Shown here: piece after piece, positions 36,569-48,800 of the stretch
Layout of the letters: each line of letters begins with the position of its first letter
Position numbering within the stretch: the stretch's first letter is position 1
Program-made: the position numbers and the translations under genes
Assembly (NCBI GenBank): GCA_024704765.1
Contig: JAKMXF010000222.1
Span: forward strand, 1,368,400 to 1,432,399
Direction of reading: 5' to 3'
DNA: 64,000 nt
Origin: Oopsacas minuta
Lineage: Eukaryota > Animalia > Porifera
Notes under the pieces: generated by a model
What the model was told of the DNA's origin: nothing
Seen by the model: the letters and a program-made list of their open reading frames with translations, nothing else
Databases searched by the model: none

Positions 36569-36738
36569 AGCGTTTGAATATTGTTCATTCAAATATAAAT
36601 ATAGTGAATGGATAACCAGGCTTGAGCAAGAGCATAGAATAGATTTGATTTGAATAAGCAACCTGCTGAGCCCTAGAAGAGAGAATATATTAAAATTCCC
36701 ATATAAGTACGTAATAAGATAATGCATTATTAGATAAA

Positions 36739-37093
36739 CCTATATTATTAATTTGCAATTGTTGTTTGCCTGTTTGTCTGTTGTCAAGGAAAGGATTTAT
36801 GGAATGTTGTATCGAATTCGAATATCTCAATTCTGAGATGTCGCAAAACTGTATTTTTTTGTTTTTATGACTAGAAAGTAAAGAAATTTCTAATTAGTCT
36901 TAGAAACTTGGTTTCAACCGTTATATCGGGGTAATCAAGTACTCTGATTCCGAATTTCCCACTATCAAGCAGTGGCAGCGCTAGCCAGCCCTACTGGTGG
37001 GCAGAATTACATCACAGTTGGGGCAAGTACCGAGTTACATGCGAATACAGAGTGTTTGCAAGCCCCGCAGCGCGAGCAAGCGAAGCGCTTGCA
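36739..37093 (+). mobile_element. Non-autonomous Helitron-like element (copy B)
   Basis: Begins a|cctatattattaa..tgtttgtctg, contains ggggtaatcaagtactctgattcc and ends in the GC-rich gcagcgcgagcaagcgaagcgc. These are the same parts as copies A and C, in opposite orientation. Confidence 0.6.
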
Positions 37094-37330
37094 ATAAATT
37101 AATACGTAAAATTATTATAGAATTGAATTAGCCAAAATACCTATGCAATTGGCCCTCTTAGAGAGAGATTCCATTATCTTATGGATGATTACTCTAGTAT
37201 GCGTATTTTTACTCAGTTTTCGGTTATATTTATATTTGCAAATACTATGTTCCAACGCCTATTCAGGGGTAATTGAGTATAAAATGGATCCCGAGTTGTT
37301 CTACCTCTCTACTACTACAATTATATTATT

Positions 37331-38107
37331 TTAATATACCTGAGTATATTCCTCGAAATTCCTACTCACTACCAGATTTTCTGTTCGCTCGTATTGATCT
37401 CTTACATTGCACTCACTACTTATTAATCTTAACTCTGTAAGTTGTTCTTCTGTTATATCAATTGACTCAGCCATTACCAGCCATTGCATTCTAGAACAAG
37501 GATCATTTCTTACTAATCCGTCGTATTTGAAGAACTTAGAATCAGAAGTTAGTGAGATTAAGCCTGATAGTTCTATCATTCTTGAATTCTCTGCTTGACC
37601 AAACTTGAATATTTCGAGATCCAACTTATTCCCTAATTTTAGAATATACGTCTGCACTAGTATACCATAATCCTCTACTTGTGCGTCGTCATATCCTCCA
37701 TGATCAGGATTGTAATAATGCAGTTGTAACTCTGCTGCTCCCGATATATTATCTATGCTATGCTCAGAGCCTTTACTGTCATTGCAACTCCAATGGAATT
37801 CTATATGATTTAAGTCATAGTACTGTGAAGGTTCATTTACTCGCACCCAGTTGATGATAGGGAAATATTCGCCGACAATATCTAATTCGTACGTTAAGAT
37901 GTTATTTGATTTTACTATATTGAAGTGAGATATTTCTGGGATTTGAGTCTCAAAGTTTAGACCTTTATTAAACACTGTATCATTCATTTCGATGTTTATT
38001 GGACTCTGTTGTGTTCCATCATTACACAACATAACAAAACTTTGAACTGAATGGACTAATCCAATAAGTAAATAGATCAGAGAAATTACTTGATGATATG
38101 CAAACAT
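37331..38107 (-). CDS. Secreted alpha-carbonic anhydrase-related protein (predicted acatalytic), 258 aa
   Basis: Signal peptide, then QQSPINI, HIEFHWS, GSEH and AELQL. CAII Zn ligands H94 and H119 are replaced by E and Q, and GSLTTPP is replaced by GLVRNDP. Confidence 0.8.
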   Translation of the reverse strand: MFAYHQVISLIYLLIGLVHSVQSFVMLCNDGTQQSPINIEMNDTVFNKGLNFETQIPEISHFNIVKSNNILTYELDIVGEYFPIINWVRVNEPSQYYDLNHIEFHWSCNDSKGSEHSIDNISGAAELQLHYYNPDHGGYDDAQVEDYGILVQTYILKLGNKLDLEIFKFGQAENSRMIELSGLISLTSDSKFFKYDGLVRNDPCSRMQWLVMAESIDITEEQLTELRLISSECNVRDQYERTENLVVSRNFEEYTQVY

Positions 38108-38517
38108 TATTGAGTAGTATTCTTTTCACAAAAAGTCCAAATTAATATTTTTATAAATTATTAATATAGAGAGAATAAGACTACTTCTATTAATTATGTA
38201 CATATATGTCCGCGTGATACTTTGTAGATGGTCATTCTTTTCATCATAAAAGAGATTGGAATATATAAATCTTCTGCTGCTATTTGTGATCTACATGGTT
38301 TCTCAGTATTTCATTGTTTGTGATTTTAAAGCATGTAGTCATGTCCTGAATGTATGCAAATATATATATATTCCATTTATAAAATTGTTGCACCTTGTGT
38401 TGACTATATTCCTAGAGCTGCAAATTGAATTTTTATGTGTTAAAATAATTAAGAATTACTTTCAGGATTCATCCAAGAAATGATACTTTACAAAACCTAT
38501 ATTACAGAAATGGTAGC

Positions 38518-38759
38518 AACTAAGGGGGGAGATCTTAGTCCCTGACAGATGTATGTATGTATGTATGTATGCACTTTCAGGATCATACAAAAAATTCATA
38601 CCCGAGGTACAAATCTCCGGGCAAAATGTATATGTGTATCAATTTCCATGCGAATCGCACTGCTAGATTTCGCACGACCGCGCGGACGGACACGGACGTA
38701 CGGGCTTCGCACATCGCCAATGCCATTAGGGCATTTTCCTAAAGGAGCTGCACTAATAA
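38518..38759 (-). mobile_element. Helentron/HINE-like non-autonomous element
   Basis: Reverse complement starts ttattagtgcagctcc and contains gtccgtgtccgtcc and (ATGT)n. It is colinear with 57067-57240. Confidence 0.55.
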
Positions 38760-38852
38760 ATACTTAGAAAAGAACAATAGTATTTCCCTGGAAAAGTTTC
38801 ATATATTTCGTCTACATATTAGAAATACAATTATCTAACTAAAAGTTATTCA

Positions 38853-40085
38853 ATGCTATTTAAAGTCTATCAGAAAACAGTAACACTGCCTTCGTTGCTT
38901 TCTGCAACTGTTCACAAAGTTTTGGCAGGAGAAGACAAATCCATGGTGATGGCCGACGGAAGTTTGCTTGCATCATATTTGCTTAAAAGGCAGTCTCCCC
39001 CAAGTACAAATTCTGGAATTCGGTTGAAACATTCCCTAGATTATGACATTTTGAAGGACGAGGATTTGCGTGCTAAGTTGTTTCGACAGAGATTGAATAA
39101 GCAATTGGTAGACCACAATATAATTGTGTATAAAAGGAGACATGGCCTGGGATACCTAGCCAGTCGCCTAACCGGAACATATGGCTCTACTTATCGTGTA
39201 CTCAAAGAGATTTCATTACGAGTACCTAAATTCAAACCTAAGACAATACTAGACTTCGGTTCAGGTGTAGGATCTACATACTGGGCTGTGGACTCAGTAT
39301 GGGGTCATGAAGATAAAATGTTCCACTCAGTGGATATGTCATCCAGCATGTTAGAGTTAGCTGCTAGACTAAGAGAAGTAGCAGACTTACCACTAGATTC
39401 ATTTTCTGATCTAAGAGAGACTAGATTTCTTCCAGGTCTGGGACACTACGACATGGTAGTTGCTGCTTACTCTCTATCTGACCTATCCTCTCTAGATATG
39501 GTTAGAAAGACATTAAACACTTTATGGCAGCAAACTAAGAACTTTCTGGTTATAATTGAAAACGGAACAATGGCAGGTCATTCTATACTATCTCAGTTTC
39601 GAAATGATACTTTGGAGTCAGATTACGATCAAGATAATTCTGATTCTCACAACCCGATATTTGCCCCTTGTCCACATGCCTTCACTTGTCCTTTGATTTC
39701 AGAGGGTTGTTACTTCAAACAGAGGACAGAGTTGTCTTTTATTCAGAATAGAGACTCTGTGTTAAAGAGTAATTCCTACTTTACCGAGAAGTTCAGTTAT
39801 CTGGTGTTAGCTAAGCCAGTTGTAATTCCCTTACTAGAAGAAGTAGATCCTTATTTCGGACGGCTGATTGGGCCCACCCTTAAGCGTAGACGTCATGTTA
39901 TTACTCAACTCTGCGCGCCTGATGGAAGAACTGAGAGAAAGACATTCACAAAAGGCAAGCACTCCCCTTTCTACAAGGATATACGTAGAAGCGATTGGGG
40001 TGATATTATTAAACTAACTCCTCCTGTCCAAGAAGTTCAAGAGGATATACAAGAGGATATACAAGATGAAATAGAGTTAGAATAG
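38853..40085 (+). CDS. METTL17: Mitoribosome small-subunit assembly factor METTL17/Rsm22, 410 aa, single exon
   Basis: ILDFGSGVGS SAM motif, LVIIENGT.AG, APCPH..CP...C.F.QR, EKFSYLV, LCAPDG and Y..IRRSDWGD. The four Fe-S-binding Cys positions are present. Confidence 0.92.
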   Translation: MLFKVYQKTVTLPSLLSATVHKVLAGEDKSMVMADGSLLASYLLKRQSPPSTNSGIRLKHSLDYDILKDEDLRAKLFRQRLNKQLVDHNIIVYKRRHGLGYLASRLTGTYGSTYRVLKEISLRVPKFKPKTILDFGSGVGSTYWAVDSVWGHEDKMFHSVDMSSSMLELAARLREVADLPLDSFSDLRETRFLPGLGHYDMVVAAYSLSDLSSLDMVRKTLNTLWQQTKNFLVIIENGTMAGHSILSQFRNDTLESDYDQDNSDSHNPIFAPCPHAFTCPLISEGCYFKQRTELSFIQNRDSVLKSNSYFTEKFSYLVLAKPVVIPLLEEVDPYFGRLIGPTLKRRRHVITQLCAPDGRTERKTFTKGKHSPFYKDIRRSDWGDIIKLTPPVQEVQEDIQEDIQDEIELE

Positions 40086-40400
40086 TTAATTATTATTTTA
40101 TTTTGTTTCAATTCGAAAATAAGAATCACTTACATATTTGTTATCCATTCTTTACTTTCGTTACCCTACCAACCACGTATGATCCAGGTTGCATTCCTTC
40201 ACGAGGAATACCTCCAAGCTCCTCTTATACACCCAGACCTGGGTATTATATCTGTGTTGTTCTAATAATTATACTAGTTTCCGACCTAGGTAATAATTTT
40301 CCATTGCAGTCGAAATCGGGTTTTTGTCCCAAAATGCACGGAATAAAAGGCAAAAAACCCGGTAGCAAATACATCCAATTACTTTTGTATTTAAATAATA

Positions 40401-40758
40401 CTAGCGCGCTTCACATGTTTGCGCTACGCGGTTGCGAACACTTTGTGTTGCACTCGGGCCTACAGCCCTCGAGTACATAAACTCATAATCTTAACCGTAG
40501 CAAACATTATACTGCCATAATCTTTAAATCTGCTTACTCTATGTCCCAAGAGTAAACAAATGTTTATGAAATGTTGTTTACGATACCATATTTGGACTCA
40601 ACATATCCGATTACCCCAGTTAGTCGTTGAAAGTATGAATCTACTAACGAATTTGAAATTTGCTTACTTTATGTGTGCCTAAAAGTAAACAAATATTCAC
40701 AATATGTTGTTTACAATACCATACTTGGAATCAGCATGCTCGATTACTACAGTACAAA

Positions 40759-40837
<79 letters not shown>

Positions 40838-40940
40838 ATGTTGTGTAATATTTGATTCTGGACTTTATGAACTAAATGTTTTCTATACAGGAGCGTGACA
40901 GACAGACAGACAGACAGAAATTGGGATTTAATAATATAGA
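40401..40940 (-). mobile_element. Non-autonomous Helitron (copy C), complete ends
   Basis: On the minus strand the 5' end is A|TCtatattattaaatcc followed by (TGTC)n. The 3' end has GC-rich hairpins then CTAG|T, consistent with insertion between A and T. Carries the (GTT)26 tract. Confidence 0.7.
40760..40837. repeat. (GTT)26 microsatellite
   Basis: 78-bp perfect trinucleotide tract. It explains the poly-C/V/L/T ORFs in the track. Confidence 0.95.
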
Positions 40941-41402
40941 TCAGGGAGGAACAAGCAATTGCAGGGAGGCAAAATACCCGGCGGCCAATTCCCGATTTCG
41001 ACTGTACGTGCACTTTGTATCATCGTAAGTACATATATAGCTTATCAATTATTACATACAGATTGGCTCAAAGGCTCATAAGTTGTAACTTGGAAATACT
41101 GGTATTCCTAAGGACTAAGTTTGTCACAATGTTCTAGCTGAATGTTAAGAGATTACATCATAAAACGATGATATTATCAAATCTGTGCTGAAGCTCTCTT
41201 CTATCCTAAAAGAAACATTCGTAAATTTATTTTGTAATTTAACTAAAGGGCAACCGAATATTTGTTTTATTTTCGTAGGATACATAAACAACCAAATTCC
41301 AGATCGCAGGGTAGAACAAACCAATAAATATCCTCGTTAATCAAAAATTCAAATTTCTGTTGGTTTTAAATGCGCCACACGAAATAAAACTAATTAAGTT
41401 GT

Positions 41403-42372
41403 TCACTTACAAGAAATTCTAAGAACCTTCCTCCCGTTGAGCGGTTTCAGAGGCCTAAAGTTTTGTTGAAGTTGTGTGTGTTCATCTACTCTCTGTGATC
41501 GTAGTACTCTGAGTTGTTCCTGAGTTATTACTAGAGGTAGAGGGGATAGGAACCAGGTAACACTCTCGTAACAAGGAGGAGTGGTTAGTGAGCCCTGGTA
41601 TACGTAGAATCCTCCTTGTGTTTGTTTGTCTTGGAAAAACTGAGATATTTTAAAAGTTACATTTTCCACTCGATCGTTGCTAGCTTTTATTTCTGGCATG
41701 AATTTGAATAATTCATCGAATACACTATTCTCTCCTACACTCAACATATACCCCAATACAATAAGCCCGTCTGCATGTCTTACAGCTATCTTAGCTCCTT
41801 CATACTTTGTATTGGCATACACAAAGTGAATTTCTCCACAACCTGGCTTGCCATCTATCACATGTTCTGAACCTTCCTCGTTACTACTGCCCCAGTGGAA
41901 ATGGAATTCTGCAAGTCTGAAAGGATTACACAGCACCAGACCAGGGAAATCTACCTTAGCCTCAACTAACGGTACGGGTGTATCAGAATTAGGTTCGTAC
42001 TTTATACTTTGACCTGTATTTTTAAGTGAGCCTGTCATTAATGTATCCAGTTTATCTAGTTTTATGTTTGTATTCTTGTTAAATATTGTTAATCCCGTAT
42101 CTATCATTATTGGAGACTGTCTCTTTCCTTCATCGCTCAATACGTAGCTTTCTGATAGTTTCGCCCATCTGTTAGGTCCGTTCTCTTCTGTGTACCCCCA
42201 CGCTCCAAGAATTGCTAGATCAAGAGAGAAGAGAGTTAATCATAGAGTTATAATTAAGGATGCAATTAACTATGATCTTACCTTGATTGAATCTTCTATT
42301 GGAATTCTGACTGAAGTAAAATAGTTGCCGAAATACTTTAGAAAATTCGTAATAGTTTCTGAGTTTAAACAT
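41403..42372 (-). CDS. Alpha-carbonic anhydrase, ~300 aa, 2 exons, putative mitochondrial presequence
   Basis: Exons 42372-42282 and 42214-41403 (gtaaga...tctag, phase 1, 903 nt in total). WGY, RQSPI, EFHFHWG, GSEH, GEIHFV and GSLTTPPCYESVTW are present, so all three Zn-ligand His and T199 are intact. H64 is replaced by Q. Confidence 0.9.
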
Positions 42373-42816
42373 CAGTAGTATTAGCCGGATTCAATTTCCT
42401 ATAAGCTAGGTAGGATTCCACATATATTATAGTCAGAGCATTAAGCGGTCCTTGGAACGCTTAAACCTCCGCCTCCGCTCCTTATTCAGAAAAGGGCCGC
42501 ACTCCGACCCCCGCTCCAAGAAAAATGGAGCGCGCTTCTTTTCATTCTTTCAGAATTACATTAAGATTTGTATTTTAAGTAATTAGGATTGAATTCAACA
42601 ATTGTTCCTTCGGGAAATTACTAAATGTGCAACGTCAAACCATTTCAATAAATTATGAATTATACAAAAGTGTCCCAGCATCCACTTTTTATGGCAAGAA
42701 TACTAATTTGATGCAGATTAAATGCTATATCAAATCTCTATTGTAAGATGCTTCAGGATAAGTCCGTGTGCCCGGGTGGTTGTCTATTTCCATTACTTAA
42801 TTATTCTACATTTAGT

Positions 42817-45800
42817 ATGAGTATAGGTGACTGCTTATTATTTTATGTAAATGGTAAGAGAATAGATGAGACCAGACCTAACCCAGAACACACCTTACTC
42901 TACTATCTGCGGAATGTGCTGGGAATGAAGGGTACAAAGATGGCGTGTGGGGAAGGAGGGTGTGGAGCCTGTACAGTTATGGTATCCAGATATGACAGAG
43001 AATACAATAAGGTTATGCACATGTCTATTTATGCGTGTATTACTCCAGTATGTAGAGTACACGGAATGGCTGTGACTACTGTTGAAGGTAACATATGTTA
43101 TATAAGTTATGTTTATATCAGGGCGTTCAATAAGTCTTGCGGGTCATGATATATCTTAGGAATTAGTCAAGTAATATATCTAACTTTCATATATTATAAG
43201 CCCATATAGTTAAACTCCATATACTGAAAGTTTCAAGCTTATTCAATGCAAATTATGAATTTTTGAGATAATTACGTGCAGTCAATTTATACCCACTGTT
43301 GAATTTATGGCTTCAAAGAATGATAATTTCAACCTCAAATGGCGAGCTTACATAGAGTTTCACACAATACTCAAGATCCAGCCCGTACAGATCTTCAGCG
43401 AGTTACAGGAGATATTATGCGTGGATTGCCCTTCCAGATCTACTGTAGAGCGATGGTCTGCCCGTTTTAGATCTGGTGATGCTGATGTCACAGAATTGCC
43501 TCGATCTGGAAGACTCGTATCCGCCACCACTTCAGAGAACATCGCACTCATTGAAAGTATGGTCATGGAAGACAAGTGCATTACTGTCAATCAGTTAGAA
43601 CAAAGTATGGAGATTTCATCGGGAGCTATTCATACAATTCTGACAACTGAGCTTGGCTACCGATCGATTTGTGGGAAATGGGTCCCGCATAAGCTCAGTG
43701 AGAATCAAAGGTTGGCACGACTGAATATTGCCAAGAAACTCTTGGAAACTTATGAGAACTGCGATTCTAGACGCCTAACAGAGATTATTACTGGTGACGA
43801 GACGTGGGTGTACTATTCAACACCCTATAGCAAGTATAAGAAGCGATCATGGGTGAGGGGCGACGAACCCGGCGAAAATTCCTAGGCTCGACTTCAGAAA
43901 ACCTAAGATTATGTATACCATCTTCTTCAGTAGTCATGGAATTGTCTTGCAATTACCTTGTGAGAGTGGCTAGGCTGTTACTGCTACTTTCTTTACAGAG
44001 CAAGTGCTTCCAAATTTGATAAAAATATAGAAAAGTACCGCCCGAAAACCGGAACTCGAGGAATGAAGATTTTAATTGATAACGCCAGTTCCCATACAGC
44101 TAAGCTTACCAAAAATTTCTTGGATGTAGAAGGGTTAGAATTACTTCCCCATCCACCATACTCACCAGACCTAGCTCCGTGTGATTTTTGGCTATTCCCC
44201 AAGCTTAAAATCTACCTTCAAGGCAAAGATGTTAACACATTACAAGCACTCGGAACGGGCCTGTACCAGTACTTCAAATCCATCCCCGAAGAAGAGTACA
44301 GAAATGTGCTTACAAGTGGGTGGAAAGGTTAAAACTTTGTGTATCTGCAGGAGGTGATTACTTTGAATAAATAATATAGTGAATTAGTGTGTATAGTGTT
44401 TGTATCATATTCTATGATATCACCCGCAAGACTTATTGAACGCCCTAGTATAAGAATTTAGTTAAGGTTAGTAAATTTTGATGATCCAGAGTTTGGAAGG
44501 TAAATATATTCTTATTTGTGCTGTTTATGAGTAATGTTAAAGTCTAAGTGCTGTTTAGTACAAAACAGGGCTAAACATGGACCATAACGAGAAATGAAGT
44601 TTACATGCAGAATTACAAATGTATTTGGTGTAGCGTATCATAGATACCAACTTGGCTTCTCACCAACTCGTGAGATTTCTTTTAATAATCCGCAAGATTT
44701 TAATCTCTGCATCCAAATATACAGCTAGGAAGCTAAAACATGAAATTTTTATGATAGATACCCATGTGAGTTGGCAAATGCGAAAGGTGTTTTGCTTGAA
44801 AACACTTGGATTGTAAGAAATCTTTCTAATTGTAAACAAAAATATGTTAAATCATACCTAAATATAGATTCGCGTCGGTTTCAAGATGGAATATCGTAGT
44901 AGTAGTATATTAGTTAAGATCACATTACGTACACAGCTGTACTTCTTTATTTTGTCTATCCAGGTGTCGGCAGCATAAGAACACGACTGCACCCAGTACA
45001 AGAAAGGATAGCCAAGTTCCATGGCTCGCAATGTGGCTTCTGTACACCTGGTATTGTTATGTCTATGTACACACTGTTGAAGAATTTTCCTGAACCTTCT
45101 CAAAGACAGATAGAAGATGCATTTGATGGTAATTTGTGTCGATGTACCGGATACAGACCTATCCTGGATGGGTTCAAGACGTTCTCTTGTCCAAAAGGGG
45201 AGAACTGCTGTCGTGTGAAGAAGGAGGGGGGTATGATAGAGACGAAGGGCGGTATGGGAGAGATAGAGGGCTTGTTTCCTCTAGACCCCACTCAGGATCT
45301 TATATTTCCTCCTGAACTAATGCTTATCAGTAGTGAGAAGATGCTAGTATTCGTAGGAGAGCGAGTTACCTGGTACAGACCTGCCAATCTAACTGAAGTA
45401 TTACAGCTAAAGCAGAAACATACTGATGTTAAGCTAGTGGTAGGAAGTACTGAGGTATCTGTAGAGCTGCGATTTAAGGACGCACACTATCCTATTGTAA
45501 TGTGTCCTAGTGAGGTAGGTATTAATATGAAAGTAGGCCTTCCTATTTCACTGGACAATCAACAAGCTTAACTGTTGAAAGTGGGCTTTTGTCAGCCTTT
45601 GGAATTCGCTTGAAATAGTGTACAAATGGCTACAAACTTAACATATTGATACCATCAACCTGATAAGTCACAAAAAATGTTTGACAAGATTCTAAAATAT
45701 TTTTTCCTTACAATAGTCAAATGATCAAAATTCTTTGGGTCAAATTGTTTGTTCTGATCCTAAACTATCAAAAGGTCTGTACTGTGAAATAGGGAATGAT

Positions 45801-48800
45801 TTGTTTATTTGTTTGTTTACAAGTGTGTCTGTATAGATTCCGGAGATGAATCGTATTACAATACTAGAAAATGGAATGTTGGTAGGAGCAGCTGTTCCTC
45901 TGTCAGAAGTATTCGACAAGTGTCAGGAATGTGTTGATACTCGACCTACTCACGAGACACAGGTACTGTCTGCTATAATAGATATGCTGAGGAAGTATGG
46001 AGGACAGCAGATAAGAAACCTAGCTTGTATCGGAGGTAATCTCATCACTGCTAGTCCTATAGCAGACATGAATCCTATCCTACTAGCAGCTAAATGTCAG
46101 CTGAACATAGCATCAGCTGATAAGGGAGAGAGAGTGCTACCTCTCGATCAGAGCTTCTTCCCTGGTTACCGTAGAGTTGCTATTAAGCCAGGTGAAGTAT
46201 TGATATCTGTACTGATACCATGGATGAGTAAAAATGAGTATTTTAATGCGTATAAACAAGCGAGGAGGCGAGATGATGATATTTCTATTGTTAGCAGTGC
46301 CTGTTGGCTGAAAGTACGTAATTATAATACTAGCAAGTATTATATCGAGGTAATATTTACTTTATAGCAATAAATTGTCTATGTTATTTAGTGATGTCAT
46401 TATTTGTAATTGCTGACAGGACTGTAGGTTAGTTTTCGGAGGTATGGCTCCTATTACAAAACTAGCTGACAAGACTTCTACTAGTTTGATTGGTTGTGAG
46501 TGGAACAGACATGTGTTAGAGAGAGGATTAGAACTTCTAAAGAATGAACTAAGTCTCCCTCTTAATGTACCAGGAGGTATGCCAGAGTATAGAGAGGTGC
46601 TAGCAGCTAGTTTCTTCTTCAAGTTCTATCTCTACGTCACACAGCTACTCACACACAATCTACAACCTGAGTATATATCTGGTATGAATGGAGTCTCTCT
46701 GCCTTTAACAGAGAGCACACAAGCATATGAAGAAGTACCAGGAGACCAGAAACAGTACGATCCAGTAGGGAGACCTATTGTATTCCAATCTGCATATCAA
46801 CAAGCTACAGGAGAGGCTAAGTATGTAGACGATATGCCTACCCTTACAGGAGAGCTGTATGCAGCTCCTGTACTCAGCTCACGTGCACACGCTAGGATTC
46901 TGAGTATTGACGTAGAAGATACACTATCTATTCCAGGAGTTCATTACGTCATCACTCATAAGGATATTCCAGCTGGTGGAAGTAATGATAATGGATTGTT
47001 TTCTGATGAGGAATTATTCGCGGAATCTGAGGTAATAATTAGTTTTCCTACTCTTATCACTCGTGTCGTGTGTAACAACATCATGGTGATCACATAATTC
47101 TATTGAGTTATTAATTATTGTATTATATTGTAGGTAATGTGTTATGGACAATTGATTGGACTGGTTATAGCTGAGGATCCTTTGATTGCAAGGAGAGCAG
47201 CTAGAACAGTAAGGATATCTTATGAGAATCTGCCTGCTGTTGTGACTATTGAAGAAGCTATCAAATCTAATTCTTTCATAGACTTTACACACACTATAAC
47301 TAGAGGTAACTTCCTGTTATAATCTGCTTAACGTATTTCTTGAAAGTCACTACGTTAAGTGAAGATATTACTCGTTGGTCAAATTATGGCATAGTTGCTA
47401 TTATAATACTAGTATTTATTTAACTTGAATTAGGTGATAGTTCAGTGATATCTGATTGTGAGACTGTGGATCATGGAGAGATACGGATTGGAGGTCAGGA
47501 ACATTTCTATTTTGAGCCTAATGGCTGTATTGTTATACCAACAGGTTAGTAAGATAACATTGATAGCTTCTATCCAATAGGACATTATAGCAGTGTTAAT
47601 TGGCAATAGGTTGTAGTTTTAAGTCTCCAATAATTCAATAAATAAATGTATGTAAGATATGAGAATATTTAAGTTGAAATCTCAAATATTGTATGTACTA
47701 TAGTATATTGTGATGATTGGGTGATAATTTATTTAATGATTTTACACTTCAGAAGACGGTGGCATTGAGATGATATCATCAACGCAGGCACTTACAACAT
47801 GCCAATTGCTCACTGCCCAAGCTCTAGGTATCCAAGCTAACAAGATAGTGTGTAAAATAAAGAGGATTGGAGGTGGGTTTGGAGGGAAAGAGACCAGAAG
47901 CTGCGTGATAAGTGCAGCTGTAGCGGTAGCAGCTAACAAGCTCTTGAGGCCTATAAGATGTGTGTTTGATAGAGATGATGATATGAAGCATACAGGTTAT
48001 TTCTACTCATATATTTAGCATAGATACTTGTAATTGGGTTAACAGTACAATTAAATTTACAGACATTTTTAGAATGTGAAACACCTAATTAGACAAATCT
48101 CCTAAATATTCCCATTTCTGGATTCGTTCCACGATTTTCTGTGGGATATATCTGAAAAGGGAATTGCAAACCTTTTGCCGTTGGAAATGTCATCACAGGA
48201 ACCTCTATTATGATGTATAGTGGCCTTACAGTTCTAGCACCAATCTCTCTCTATCTATATTGCTGGCAAATACTTTTATGATCCTTTCTAGGTCGAAAAT
48301 TTAATATTATCTTATTTAGGTGGAAGACATCCTTTCTTAGCAAAATATAAAGTTGGTTATCAATCTGACGGAAAGATCATAGCTCTCATAATAGATCTGT
48401 ATAGTAATGCAGGTATCTCATCCGACTTATCTCCAGGTGTAATGGACAGAGCTCTATTCCATATTGATAATGCCTATAATATTCCTAATATCCTTGTCAA
48501 TGGACATCTGTGTCGTACTAACCTGCCTTCTAATACAGCTTTCAGAGGGTTCGGGGGACCTCAAGGCATGTTCGTAATTGAAAGTATAATCAGTGATATT
48601 GCTCTATCCTTGGAAATGCCACCTAATGAAGTTAGTCATATAGATATAGACCTCTAATATAATGTATATCATTAAATCTCATTTGGTGTCTATCTGTCTG
48701 TGAGTTTGTCACGTCAGTTGTCAAGGAAATTGACATTTGGAACACATTAACATCTACCGCGGTAGATGTTAACATTATTAATGTCATGATGCTTTCTTAG

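Noticed and set aside
40660-41013. Poly-Cys/Val/Leu/Thr ORFs
   Set aside because: All frames of the (GTT)26 microsatellite are open, so these are not genes.
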